DNA of 64,000 nt from a virus (IMGVR_UViG_3300001533_003062:1-64000); one strand, 5' to 3'. Counted from the first letter of the stretch, positions 41,210-51,203 are shown. The notes: generated from the letters alone by a model not told the origin. Numbers and translations are program-made.

Positions 41210-42907
41210 TTATTTCTTAACTACTGTACTTAAAACATTTACTAGATATCCATTTTTCTTGTTTTCAGCCCCCGCTAAAATATAACCCACTGTAGGGTCA
41301 GCAGGTATACTATTCGTTTTTAAATTACTAGGGCTCGAGTTATAAGCCCCAAGCTCCTTCAGAGTATCTCCCTCTATACCTAATGACTTAGCATTAGAAT
41401 TCAACAAAAATATCGAAGATATCATACCGAAGCTAGGATCGTTATCACAATTTTCGAAATTAATTTCACCCTCTTTATTTTTATACCCCATGCCCTCCAT
41501 GAAAGGGATGAACTTAGGATCTTCCACCAATCCCTTGAAAGTAGCCCCAGACATTTGAGTAACACCTAATGATGGAAGTTTCTGATCCGTATCACCCACT
41601 ATGGCTTTTTTTATCGTGACGCTATTACCGTCTGAAGACCAGTAACCCTGCGACTCATTATTAATGATAGTAGCTAAGAGTACAGGATCCAGATTATACC
41701 CTAACTTCTCCGCCGCTTCTGCAGCCACCTGCCCAAAGGTTTTATCTCCGTGTGTACTACCCGCCTTAGATCGAAAGAAATTTACAGTCTCTTCTATATT
41801 ACTATTATCTTTGGCTTTTCCTCCCGCGTCTACTAAGTTATCCTCAAATTGCTCATCCGTTAGGGTCAATATAGGGGTATTCCCCTCCGTTACTTTCATA
41901 TAAGTGATTTCCCTGCCATCCTTGAACCTACGTGTATAGGTGGTCCCTACAGGACTATCGGAGTCTACCTCACCCGATATAGGTTTTTGACTCTTATAAT
42001 CCTGAAAGTCAAAAGTAAACTCAGGATTTTTGGGGTTTTCGCTAAAAAAATCCTTTATCTTAAACACGTCATTTAAATCTTCTTTACTCATGAGAACAGT
42101 TTTAGCGAAAAAAGAATTTTTACCCTGTACTGAGAAGGGAATATCCTCGTTCTCATTAGACACCTCATTACCTTCCATCCTTAAATGGCCTTCCATAGCA
42201 TCTCCGCGCATGCCCGAAACTACAAACTCAAAATTATAGCTTAAATTAAAAGGCTTAGAAGGATCCTCACTTAAAGTAAAAGAATTGAAGTTACCTACAT
42301 ACTCAGACCCATCATAGGATAAAAGGATACTATCCATTACATTGATAACCCGGCTCTTTGAACTGTATAAACTAGAATTTCTACTACCATTTAGGAAATA
42401 GTTACCGTTATTCCGATACATGGAAATTAAATCTAAAAGATTAATGAAACCTAAAGTCTCTTTTCTATTTTTGGTTGTTAAACCGCTATTAAAAATCTTA
42501 CCTTTATGAGAAACTCCAGTTCCTATAAAAAAGGCCGCGGATACTCCCGAACAAGCTATCGTTTGTTGCTGACTTCCCCAGAGAGTAGACACCCAAGACT
42601 GTCTCGTGTAACTATTAGAGGATATAAAAGACAGGCCCATCTGTATATCCTGAGGGTTTATTAATAAACCCAATTCGACCTCTTCCGTGTCCGTGTAGTA
42701 ATTGTATATAGAGAACTTAAAAAGTAGACCATGGTTTGTCCGTAAGGACCTAGCAGAAGAGTAGTATTGCCCCGATGAGTTATTGAGGACAGACAACGCG
42801 TTCGACATAAAATAAACCTTATCATCCCTTAAAAAGAATGAGCCCCCTTGCCTTGAAGAAAGGTTATCGAATGCTGTTAAACTATCACTTACTTTATTTA
42901 AAGCCAT
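41210..42907 (-). CDS. Tube-like baseplate protein fused to a C-terminal lytic transglycosylase (SLT-like) domain
   Basis: LLINPQDIQM...YVGNFNSFTLSEDPSKPFNLSYNFEF tube-initiator-like region; LDPVLLATIINNES, LGVTQM and AYN SLT motifs. Confidence 0.7.
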   Translation of the reverse strand: MALNKVSDSLTAFDNLSSRQGGSFFLRDDKVYFMSNALSVLNNSSGQYYSSARSLRTNHGLLFKFSIYNYYTDTEEVELGLLINPQDIQMGLSFISSNSYTRQSWVSTLWGSQQQTIACSGVSAAFFIGTGVSHKGKIFNSGLTTKNRKETLGFINLLDLISMYRNNGNYFLNGSRNSSLYSSKSRVINVMDSILLSYDGSEYVGNFNSFTLSEDPSKPFNLSYNFEFVVSGMRGDAMEGHLRMEGNEVSNENEDIPFSVQGKNSFFAKTVLMSKEDLNDVFKIKDFFSENPKNPEFTFDFQDYKSQKPISGEVDSDSPVGTTYTRRFKDGREITYMKVTEGNTPILTLTDEQFEDNLVDAGGKAKDNSNIEETVNFFRSKAGSTHGDKTFGQVAAEAAEKLGYNLDPVLLATIINNESQGYWSSDGNSVTIKKAIVGDTDQKLPSLGVTQMSGATFKGLVEDPKFIPFMEGMGYKNKEGEINFENCDNDPSFGMISSIFLLNSNAKSLGIEGDTLKELGAYNSSPSNLKTNSIPADPTVGYILAGAENKKNGYLVNVLSTVVKK

Positions 42908-42920
42908 GTATCTTACCTAA

Positions 42921-44201
42921 CTACACGAAGGCAGTAGGCTCCTCTGAGCCCGAACTCGGATAAATGAATTTATTAGAATCCAATAGCCCGCCATAGGTAT
43001 TGTCCTTACTCTCCACATTAAAATTAGTATCCACCTGTAAAGGTACCCTATCTCTGTTTGCTGTGACACCTTGATTATATATAGTTTTCTCGGACCTATA
43101 GGTCATACTATACCTTAATCTGAAGGGTGAACTGCTATCTTCTGTGAGGTCAAAACTATCTATATACCCTAAACACGTTATATAGTCATAGTGTAACTTA
43201 ATATAAAGCCTTTCTTTAGGCAGACCTCTTCTAGGGTGGTTGTTTAAGAAATAACTGTTAGAACGATCTCTTATGAACTCTTGAGTTAAACTACTATCGT
43301 CATAGGACTTAGCATCATGATACAACATACCGTTAGTCCTATACAACTTTACTATCTCCTTAAGCATTTCATAGGGTTTGGTTTTCCTTCTATTTACAAC
43401 GGATAAACCCTCACCCTGGTACTCTCTATCATCATAGTACTCAAATAATCCAAAGGTACCTCCTGAAAAAGTTATGGTGTCTATCTCATCCCCCCAATGC
43501 TCCTCTATCCACCGAGTCATAGTGTGGTACCTATTTATTATTTTAGACGAATTTATAACTAAACTATCGGGGGTAGGGGTAAGCGATATAGCGCTTACGA
43601 TAGAACAATCTCCCATACTCATAAGATAAGATTGACCCGTAGAATCTACCATATCTAATATAAACTTTTTTTCACCCTTATTTCTTTTAGTGTACTCAGG
43701 CCGTATTTCCCTCTCATTGTTGTACTTTCCGTAGGGGAGCTTAATTTTCATAATAGGCCCACACTCAGGTACTGTATGCGGTTTTATGAAAGGAGTGGGT
43801 ACATTCGGTACAGAAATAGGATCTTCCCCTGTTTCTTCTTTTATGGTATCTTCCTCGGTTTTTATATTAGTTATAGTGGGCTCTTTAATCTCAGGATCCC
43901 CCTTAATCTCTATCTCTCCGAAATCGTACACTACACTCGTATTAGACCCATACAAATCAACCACTAATAACCCTTGGGGGTTTAATGTACTTACAGTATA
44001 ACCTGTAGCATCTTGTACGGCTAGTTCTCCCCCACCTCCATCAGACACTATCTCGGAACCAAAGGACCCAGAAGCACCCCCACTCCCGGAAGAACCTCCC
44101 TGGAAGAATTCAGAAGAGTCCACGACATTACTACTCGTGTCATAATCTTCGGGTACGTCCTTACCCTTAAAAAAATCTAATACAGGATCCCAAGAGGCCA
44201 T
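42921..44201 (-). CDS. Tube-like baseplate/tail initiator protein
   Basis: WIEEHWGDEIDTITFSG...GYIDSFDLTEDSSSPFRLRYSMTY parallels the N-terminal domain of 41210..42907; directly follows the tape measure. Confidence 0.6.
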   Translation of the reverse strand: MASWDPVLDFFKGKDVPEDYDTSSNVVDSSEFFQGGSSGSGGASGSFGSEIVSDGGGGELAVQDATGYTVSTLNPQGLLVVDLYGSNTSVVYDFGEIEIKGDPEIKEPTITNIKTEEDTIKEETGEDPISVPNVPTPFIKPHTVPECGPIMKIKLPYGKYNNEREIRPEYTKRNKGEKKFILDMVDSTGQSYLMSMGDCSIVSAISLTPTPDSLVINSSKIINRYHTMTRWIEEHWGDEIDTITFSGGTFGLFEYYDDREYQGEGLSVVNRRKTKPYEMLKEIVKLYRTNGMLYHDAKSYDDSSLTQEFIRDRSNSYFLNNHPRRGLPKERLYIKLHYDYITCLGYIDSFDLTEDSSSPFRLRYSMTYRSEKTIYNQGVTANRDRVPLQVDTNFNVESKDNTYGGLLDSNKFIYPSSGSEEPTAFV

Positions 44202-44212
44202 TTATATAATCC

Positions 44213-47200
44213 TTACGTTTTCGTTACTGATTTAGCTTTACTTTCAGCTATTTTCTGCTTAGTTATCTTCTCTATCTTAGCTGTTAATTCTGTATCTAGT
44301 TTGATCTCAATATCCACTTTATCACCCTCAAGAGCCTCCTTAAGGTTAGTGAAATTTTTGTCTATCAATTCAAGCAGAACAGGCTCGCCAGCCTTACTCA
44401 ACAGGAAGTCCCTCTCCTTCTTCGTCTCACCCTTTAAAAGCGTGTTTAAAGCCTTGTCTTTCTCCTTTTCAGTACTTTTATCAACCGTTAGAACTTTAAG
44501 TAGACCCTCTAGTTTATCATTATGCATACCTTTGGTATCTAGCGCCCACTTAGAACCTTTCTTTTTCTCTTTTTCATGTTGAATATCCTTTTTCCAATCA
44601 ACGGCGAGAAACTGGCTTTCTATTTCTACTGCTCTGCGACCAGTTTCCACAAACGAGTCATCGACCCTAGTATCGCCTGTATAATTAGTGCCATCTTTTT
44701 TATAGCTTTTCCCGTAAGCATCCGTCTTTATGTTTTGGATATACCCTTGTATATTCTTATAGCCTGGCACAGACTCTACCTCTTTTATGTATCCCTCTAA
44801 TTTAGGTATAGAAGCCTCTAATTCTTTGAGTAATTTCGTTTCAACCTTAGTCAGGCCCTTCTCACCCCCCTGTCTCGCCTTTAGTCCCGCTATCTCTCTT
44901 TTACGCCCTTCTAGCATAGCTACAGAATCCGTATACTTCTCTTTAAAAACCTTATCAAATCTTTCCATAGCATTTTTATTTTTATTTCTAAACCAACTTT
45001 GGATAATATTAAAAATACCGCCTGTATTAGTAGCTATATTTGATATACCCGCAAGGGTGTCCCTTGCAACATCGCTGGAGGCCAATGCGTATCTTAATTG
45101 CTCTTTTCCTATACCTACATATTTAGATAAAGGATTAGTCATCTCACCTATACCCGCCGCTATATTTTTCTGCTGCTTTTCATCAGCTCTAATATCTGGA
45201 GTTTTTTGAACCATTAAAGTATCCGTGAGTTTGGTGATAAAATCAGCATACCCCCCTTTAGCCCCTCCGCCCTCAAGGGTAGTTATGAGGCCCTGAATAT
45301 TAGTGGCATCATCCTCGATTAATTTTAAAAGGGAATTTATTAAACCCTCATTTGCGCCTCCTGCTTTTAAGGCCTCTAAATCCGTCTTTATCTTAGTAGC
45401 GTAATCCTCCTTAGACATATCACCCGAGGAATATTTTTCAAACAAGGTCTTAAACTCACCGAACTTTTTACCTATATCATCACCGAGTTTACCTGATTTT
45501 ATTATATTAAATAGCTCTTCAGCACCTGCTCGTTTTAAAGACCCTCTTCTAGCCAGAGACCTATCTCTTAGGCTATCTATTACGCTAGAGTCTACATTAA
45601 TCTGCTTAAGTACGTTTTTTATTCGCATAAATACGTTTTCCTGCTCTGAGCCTATAGCAGATAAACTACCCCCAAATTTTCCGGCTAGCATCTGCATATA
45701 AGACACAGGGTCTCTTGCCAGTTCCTCTCTCACTCCGCGACCCATTTGATAGGGATCACTACTACCGGCACTATACTTCATAATATCGAACCTACCAAGG
45801 GCTGTTTTTAGGTTAGCCTCCATGGAGGCTACTAGAGATTCTGCTGCTTTTTTCTCATCAGCGCCACTAGCGCTCTTAAGTCTCTCTTTAGCGGCATTTA
45901 GACTCTCTTTTGCTTTAGCTACTTCCTCTTCCCTATACTTCAGGCCCTTATCTAATATCTGCTTTACTGATGAACTATCCATACCTCCCAGCATACTCAT
46001 AAACTTCATTGTGGTGTTATCATCCATATTGCCCATAGTTTGAGATAGAGAAGATAGATCCTTAGCAGCATCTTTAAAACCAGTGATACCCTCTTCCATG
46101 AATTTAGTAAGATGGCCGGAGGTACTTTTAAGATAACTTCCATACCGGCTTAAACCTGAAGATACATTCATCACCTCTTGGTAAAATCTATTAGAGCTTA
46201 CACCAGCCACCGTAGCATCATAAGACATCTGAGAAAAAGAGTCAGATACTTCATCTAAACTACTCTTTAGATTCAACATCTGATCTGAAATCATCCCGCC
46301 CATGTCAGAAAGACCCACCCCAAACGTGCGGCTTAGTACAATAGTTTTCTCTAAAGCCTCATTATAAGAGCCAATAGATTTCTCGATACCGCCCAAACTC
46401 ATACCACTAGATTTAAATCCAGAGAAAGCCTGTTTTACCTCTTCAGCATTTACCCCATATTTCATCTTTATCTCGGAGTTATATAAGGTATCTGTGAAAT
46501 TTCTTACTTTCTCTCCTAAGTCTGTTAAGGAGGTTATAGGCCCTTGCATTTCAAAATATGATTGATTAGCCTTCTTTATAAATTCATCCAAAGCAGACCC
46601 GAACTTAACTAAAGCGCCCACAGCTGATATAATAAGACCAAACCACCCGGCTGTCCCTACAGCCTTCATGGCAACGCCTAAGCCCTTAAAAGCAACCTTC
46701 AAGCCTCCGACATTCTTCCCCAACCCATCAGCGGCCCTACCCATATCCTGAAGGCCTTTAATATTTTTACCTATGGCTGTCAGACCTGAACCTTTTCCCT
46801 GAAAAAGGCTCTTTACTCCCACCACAGTACCCGTTATATGTCCTGAGGCCCTCCCCTTTAATTCTTCCTTCGCTTTCTCCTGCGCACTTTCAGTGATTAC
46901 ACCCCCTTTTAACGTCTCACCCTTAAGTGCTTTAGATATTAACCTCTCTAAATCTATATTTTTGAAGCCTTGATTAAAAATGTCTGTTGCAAACTCCTCG
47001 GCCTGAGCCACGCCCTTTTGAAAACCCTCAGACTTTATTGCCCCTAACTCAAGCTGGGCCTTCAGGTCTTTTATCCTTAAGTCAGTCAACTTCTTTATTG
47101 CTGCAGCCTCATCCGCCTTTGTCTTTATCCCCGATCTAGCTAACTCATTAGCCCTGCTTGCCGTGTTGGACATGGCCTTCATAGCATTCTTATAATTATC

Positions 47201-47632
47201 TGCGTTTTTACGCGCTTTCTCTAGACTTCCAGCGACTATCTCTTGTTGTTCTTTGAAAGTATCCTCTACTTTAATCGCTTTATCAAAAGCTTCGTTTGTT
47301 TCATCCAAAGATTTTTTTAATCGCTCTGATTCTTCCTTAAATTTTTTCTCGCTGAGGGATCCCTTTTTATAAGCCTTTTCTAATCCCTTTAGCGCCCTCT
47401 CTTCACCCTCGATACCTTCCATAATTTTATCAATTTTTTCTTTTTGGTCATCCAGAGCTCCTGAAAGAACGTTCTCCGCACTGGTTAAGCCTTTTATGGA
47501 CCCCTCTGCCTTTCTTACTCTGCGGTCATACGTTGTTATAGTTTCGTTATGACTACTAAGCTCCCTATCAAGTCTACTGAGACTCTCTTGTATAGCATCT
47601 AATTGTTCCTTAGATAATTTATTAACCGCCAT
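44213..47632 (-). CDS. Tape measure protein, 1139 aa
   Basis: Long helical/coiled-coil protein with a Gly/Ala-rich hydrophobic segment (GTAGWFGLIISAVGALV); canonical position after tube and chaperones. Confidence 0.8.
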   Translation of the reverse strand: MAVNKLSKEQLDAIQESLSRLDRELSSHNETITTYDRRVRKAEGSIKGLTSAENVLSGALDDQKEKIDKIMEGIEGEERALKGLEKAYKKGSLSEKKFKEESERLKKSLDETNEAFDKAIKVEDTFKEQQEIVAGSLEKARKNADNYKNAMKAMSNTASRANELARSGIKTKADEAAAIKKLTDLRIKDLKAQLELGAIKSEGFQKGVAQAEEFATDIFNQGFKNIDLERLISKALKGETLKGGVITESAQEKAKEELKGRASGHITGTVVGVKSLFQGKGSGLTAIGKNIKGLQDMGRAADGLGKNVGGLKVAFKGLGVAMKAVGTAGWFGLIISAVGALVKFGSALDEFIKKANQSYFEMQGPITSLTDLGEKVRNFTDTLYNSEIKMKYGVNAEEVKQAFSGFKSSGMSLGGIEKSIGSYNEALEKTIVLSRTFGVGLSDMGGMISDQMLNLKSSLDEVSDSFSQMSYDATVAGVSSNRFYQEVMNVSSGLSRYGSYLKSTSGHLTKFMEEGITGFKDAAKDLSSLSQTMGNMDDNTTMKFMSMLGGMDSSSVKQILDKGLKYREEEVAKAKESLNAAKERLKSASGADEKKAAESLVASMEANLKTALGRFDIMKYSAGSSDPYQMGRGVREELARDPVSYMQMLAGKFGGSLSAIGSEQENVFMRIKNVLKQINVDSSVIDSLRDRSLARRGSLKRAGAEELFNIIKSGKLGDDIGKKFGEFKTLFEKYSSGDMSKEDYATKIKTDLEALKAGGANEGLINSLLKLIEDDATNIQGLITTLEGGGAKGGYADFITKLTDTLMVQKTPDIRADEKQQKNIAAGIGEMTNPLSKYVGIGKEQLRYALASSDVARDTLAGISNIATNTGGIFNIIQSWFRNKNKNAMERFDKVFKEKYTDSVAMLEGRKREIAGLKARQGGEKGLTKVETKLLKELEASIPKLEGYIKEVESVPGYKNIQGYIQNIKTDAYGKSYKKDGTNYTGDTRVDDSFVETGRRAVEIESQFLAVDWKKDIQHEKEKKKGSKWALDTKGMHNDKLEGLLKVLTVDKSTEKEKDKALNTLLKGETKKERDFLLSKAGEPVLLELIDKNFTNLKEALEGDKVDIEIKLDTELTAKIEKITKQKIAESKAKSVTKT

Positions 47633-47634
47633 AA

Positions 47635-48693
47635 CTAATCCCTCTTATTGCTCTTAATTACCCTAGAACCCATTCTTCTTATCAGGTCCTCCGACTTACC
47701 TAAATCTGCATAAGCAGAGTTGTACATCTCTGTATGCCGCCTCTTATTTGATCTTCGGTTTACTATATTGTTTAATTCCTCTGGAGTGGCCCTACGAGTC
47801 CCCTCAATATCTAAAGATTTCTCATCGAATTCTTTACGGAACTTATTAGCTTTTTCTATCCTTATCTCCTGAGCCTTTTTGTCTGCTTCAGCCCTTCTTC
47901 TTAGCCACTCATCTATAAATTGATCATGTTTATCCTTCTCGCCCCTTTTTACCCTATTTAACTCTCTGACTAAGTCCTCGTTAGTTACCAAGGGTTTAGA
48001 CCACTTATCATTTCTCTTCTTAACTGCTATTCTACGCTTATTATGGCCATACTCTAATATTTCTTCTCTTTCCTTATCTCTTTCTTCTCTCTTCAATTTT
48101 ATGGAGTTTGTCACGCTCTTAACACCAGTAGGGTTATATGAGGAAGCTACAAAAAGGGCTAAATCGAGATTACCTCCGTCACGATCTTCTCTATCTAATC
48201 TCTCATTCAGGATTATCCACTTATCTTTAATAAAGTTGTTCAAAGAAATGTCCACGCTTAAAACATCCCTATCTCTACCTAGGGAATTCAAACGCTTAAT
48301 CCATATTTCCTTAGATTCTGGGGTATAACAGAAGCCCTCTAAAAAACTATGAGCTTCTACAAATATACGGAATAAGTCATCTATCTTATCGGATAGAGTA
48401 TTCAGGATAAAAGCAGGGATACTGCCGTAGAATACTTCTAAATATTCTAACTTCTTGTGCCGGTCTATTAAACAATTATTGCCGTTTAAAAAATAAGTAG
48501 AGTAAGCTATCTTCTCCGTTACAGGTATATTAGATATGTCTTTCTCATTATGTTTTACTGCTAAATAATTCAGCTCTCTATCAGTTAAGGACTTTAATAC
48601 TATATTAAAGTCCTTATACTTTAAGCCTAAAGTAATGAAGCCCCCAGACACTATATCCTCTAAATAACTGTAAGCTTCTTTTACTTCCATCAT
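47635..48693 (-). CDS. Tail assembly chaperone-like protein, 352 aa
   Basis: Position before the tape measure; N-terminal IVLKSLTDRE resembles the upstream chaperone. Confidence 0.55.
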   Translation of the reverse strand: MMEVKEAYSYLEDIVSGGFITLGLKYKDFNIVLKSLTDRELNYLAVKHNEKDISNIPVTEKIAYSTYFLNGNNCLIDRHKKLEYLEVFYGSIPAFILNTLSDKIDDLFRIFVEAHSFLEGFCYTPESKEIWIKRLNSLGRDRDVLSVDISLNNFIKDKWIILNERLDREDRDGGNLDLALFVASSYNPTGVKSVTNSIKLKREERDKEREEILEYGHNKRRIAVKKRNDKWSKPLVTNEDLVRELNRVKRGEKDKHDQFIDEWLRRRAEADKKAQEIRIEKANKFRKEFDEKSLDIEGTRRATPEELNNIVNRRSNKRRHTEMYNSAYADLGKSEDLIRRMGSRVIKSNKRD

Positions 48694-48709
48694 CAGGTCC
48701 CTATGGATA

Positions 48710-49264
48710 CTATATTTTTTTCAAAACTACATCGTCTTCTTCAGACAGTTCAATGTCCTCTTCTCTATTTTTATTTTCCTCTAAGTCCGCTTCACCAGAA
48801 TCCTCGGAGTTACCTGAATCGCCTTCTAAAGTCTTATTTTGTTCTCTACCCCTTGTTTCAGGGTCTTTAAACCAGCTATAAACAATTTCCTTATCGATAG
48901 ATGCCTCAGACTCTTCCTTTAGATCTGTGTAGATAATAAATAAAGTATCAATTATTCTAGTAGGCAATTTATCTAAAAAATCCTTCAAATAAAGTGTTTT
49001 TTCTATTCTTTCCCCTTCTACCTCTACTACGTCCGGGATCTCTACCCCATCTATCTTTGTTATTGACATAGCCAACAGATGCTTCTTCCAGTCCCCTAGT
49101 ACTGAAATATCCTCGTTATCGGATAAAGCCTCTATGAGCTTGGAAAGCTGAGCCTCTTCTCTGAAAGAAAGAACTCTCTGGGCGATAACCACGTCGTTAA
49201 CCGTACAATCTTTGGTAAATACCGTATTTTGTGAAAGTTTTAATAGACTGTCTTGAAAACTCAT
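48710..49264 (-). CDS. Tail assembly chaperone, 184 aa
   Basis: QRVLSFREE...LAMSITKIDG...LPTRIIDTLFIIY; acidic tail; follows the tube gene; AGGAG RBS. Confidence 0.65.
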   Translation of the reverse strand: MSFQDSLLKLSQNTVFTKDCTVNDVVIAQRVLSFREEAQLSKLIEALSDNEDISVLGDWKKHLLAMSITKIDGVEIPDVVEVEGERIEKTLYLKDFLDKLPTRIIDTLFIIYTDLKEESEASIDKEIVYSWFKDPETRGREQNKTLEGDSGNSEDSGEADLEENKNREEDIELSEEDDVVLKKI

Positions 49265-49288
49265 AAAAACTCCTAATTTAATATTTTA

Positions 49289-49303
49289 TATTAATAGATA
49301 AAA
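49289..49303 (-). promoter_or_regulatory. Candidate late promoter TTTTATCTATTAATA
   Basis: Motif copy 25 bp upstream of the ATG at 49264. Confidence 0.55.
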
Positions 49304-49411
49304 ACAATCGCATAGATAATAAGAGTTGAGATAGCTCGAAGGAAGGGTATCTGATATTAGATCTTATGTGAATATTTAAAAAATGTATTATCTATATTTT
49401 ATCTTTTAAAT

Positions 49412-49437
49412 GACCACAGAACTTACGTTCTGTGGTC
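49412..49437 (-). terminator. Hairpin/terminator after the tail tube gene
   Basis: Perfect 11-bp stem GACCACAGAAC-GTAA-GTTCTGTGGTC; the U-tract is weak. Confidence 0.55.
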
Positions 49438-49501
49438 CAATCCTTCGGCAGACGAGAAAGCTTAACTCCCCGTCCGCGCAACCCCAAAAATACTAACAGC
49501 C

Positions 49502-50185
49502 TTAACCGTTAGTATTTGTACCAGTTATTATACTAGACTTAGCATTTAGGTTAAAAAGCCTTTCTCCTGCATCTGTCTCATCCCCGTAAGGAAGTGAACC
49601 CGGTGCAGCCACAATATCAGTCACGTTGACTGTAACACTTTCTTGTACTAAAGCGGTATCCGAAGTATAGGAAGTATTAAAGTCACTTAGCCAGCACCCT
49701 TGGTAATAGGTAAGAATAGCGTCCAAACTCTGAGCGTTCTGGAAAGGTCCTACAGTTCCGTCAGGACTAGGTGTATTGTATGCACCCGCAAAATCCTCGG
49801 TAACAACTTGACTAATTACAAGTTCCTGGACGATATCAAAAGGCCATTTATGGTGCCTGAGAGATCTAACGATACCGTCTATACCCCCCTTATAACCAAA
49901 TACCTGAAAAAGATTCGACAGATACTGCGCCGTCCTATCCACAGATATCGTCATAGGGTCGGTGTATCCGGGAACAAGTTCCGCTACGTGGTCTCCATAA
50001 CCTATACCTCTTACGGGCTCTATAGTCCTAGATTCTGTCGGGCTAAACGTAGCCACAACACCTATCTGAACTTCACCCGAATCGTATGAGGGTATAGAAT
50101 AAATTTTATTCTTAGAACTTATAACTGAAGTGGTCTCAGGAGTCACCCCCTGACGGTCAATATAAGTATCTCTGTCTCTAGCCAT
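49502..50185 (-). CDS. Tail tube protein, 227 aa
   Basis: IGVVATFSPTESRTIEPVRGIG...ELVPG...WPFDI...YYQGCWLSDFNTSY...VQESVTV; downstream of the sheath; AAGGAG RBS. Confidence 0.8.
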   Translation of the reverse strand: MARDRDTYIDRQGVTPETTSVISSKNKIYSIPSYDSGEVQIGVVATFSPTESRTIEPVRGIGYGDHVAELVPGYTDPMTISVDRTAQYLSNLFQVFGYKGGIDGIVRSLRHHKWPFDIVQELVISQVVTEDFAGAYNTPSPDGTVGPFQNAQSLDAILTYYQGCWLSDFNTSYTSDTALVQESVTVNVTDIVAAPGSLPYGDETDAGERLFNLNAKSSIITGTNTNG

Positions 50186-50218
50186 ATATTACTCCTTAAT
50201 TTGTGTTCTTCGCCTATA

Positions 50219-51160
50219 TTAAGAGAAGAGTTTTCCAAGATCTTCAGCTTCTTTAGCATCTAAAGAAACGTCAATCATAGGAGCGTTAAGTTCAACACCT
50301 TCAGAAACATAAGCTTCTTTATTTTCACTTTTAGCCATGTCTTCCATGGAGCCACTTTCCCTAGCAGGCTTAGCCATATTCTCAGGATCTACTTCACCAG
50401 ATTCATCTTTCTTAGTCTGGACCATATCCTGTTTAGCGGCAGCCTCTACAGGAGACTCTTTTTCTGCTTTTTCCTTGTCTTTATTCTTCTTACATTCAGG
50501 AGAATCCTTCATAGGTCCTGTACCGTCAGGTACTCTCATAGGTCCTGTACCGTCAGGTACTCCCGGACCCTCTATAGCTCCCGCCTCTTTTTCTGCTTTT
50601 TCCTTGTCTTTATTCTTCTTACATTCAGGAGAATCCTTCATAGGTCCTGTACCGTCAGGTACTCCCGGACCCTCTATAGCTCCCGCCTCTTTTTTAACCG
50701 CGCCATGAGACTTTTCTACGATCTTAGACTTAAGAACCTCATCTATCTTAGGAGTCTGGTCGTCCTTAAGTGTAAAGGGTTTCTCTGCCTTCTTACACCC
50801 GTCAGGAGTCTGCTCTTTCTTAAGTTCAGCACCCGTCACGTCTTTAACGAGACTAGCCAAAACTATATCAGAAGCTTCCCTGTTCCAGTAAAGGCCATCC
50901 TCTGAAGCGTTCTTATCTTTTTCACACTCCTCAGCCTCAACAGAATTCTCTAAGTCCTCATTAATAAGGTCTTCAGTTTTCTTTGCTGCTTCCCTCTCTT
51001 CGTCGGACTCATATTCCGACGATAAAATAGTCTTAAATTTATCGTCACTCATTTTATCGAGTGTATAGGCCATTGCCTTGAGATCAGTAGCTATAGGTGT
51101 CTCTGACGCAAATACAGAAGACAAACCCTCTAATCTCTTTGACAGTGCTTTACGATCCAT
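50219..51160 (-). CDS. Acidic low-complexity virion/assembly protein with a perfect internal duplication, 313 aa
   Basis: E/K/D-rich; EAGAIEGPGVPDGTGPM and KDSPECKKNKDKEKAEKE each occur twice; GAGGAG RBS. Confidence 0.7.
   Translation of the reverse strand: MDRKALSKRLEGLSSVFASETPIATDLKAMAYTLDKMSDDKFKTILSSEYESDEEREAAKKTEDLINEDLENSVEAEECEKDKNASEDGLYWNREASDIVLASLVKDVTGAELKKEQTPDGCKKAEKPFTLKDDQTPKIDEVLKSKIVEKSHGAVKKEAGAIEGPGVPDGTGPMKDSPECKKNKDKEKAEKEAGAIEGPGVPDGTGPMRVPDGTGPMKDSPECKKNKDKEKAEKESPVEAAAKQDMVQTKKDESGEVDPENMAKPARESGSMEDMAKSENKEAYVSEGVELNAPMIDVSLDAKEAEDLGKLFS
50456..50694. repeat. Perfect 102-bp coding tandem duplication with a nested 27-bp duplication
   Basis: 50456-50535 equals 50585-50664; TCATAGGTCCTGTACCGTCAGGTACTC occurs three times. 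Confidence 0.9.
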
Positions 51161-51203
51161 AATTAACTCCTCTTTATTTCTTTATATAAATTAATAATAT
51201 TCT

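Noticed and set aside
49261-49501. tRNA in the tube-chaperone spacer
   Set aside because: Two hairpins are present, but no cloverleaf or T-loop consensus can be built.
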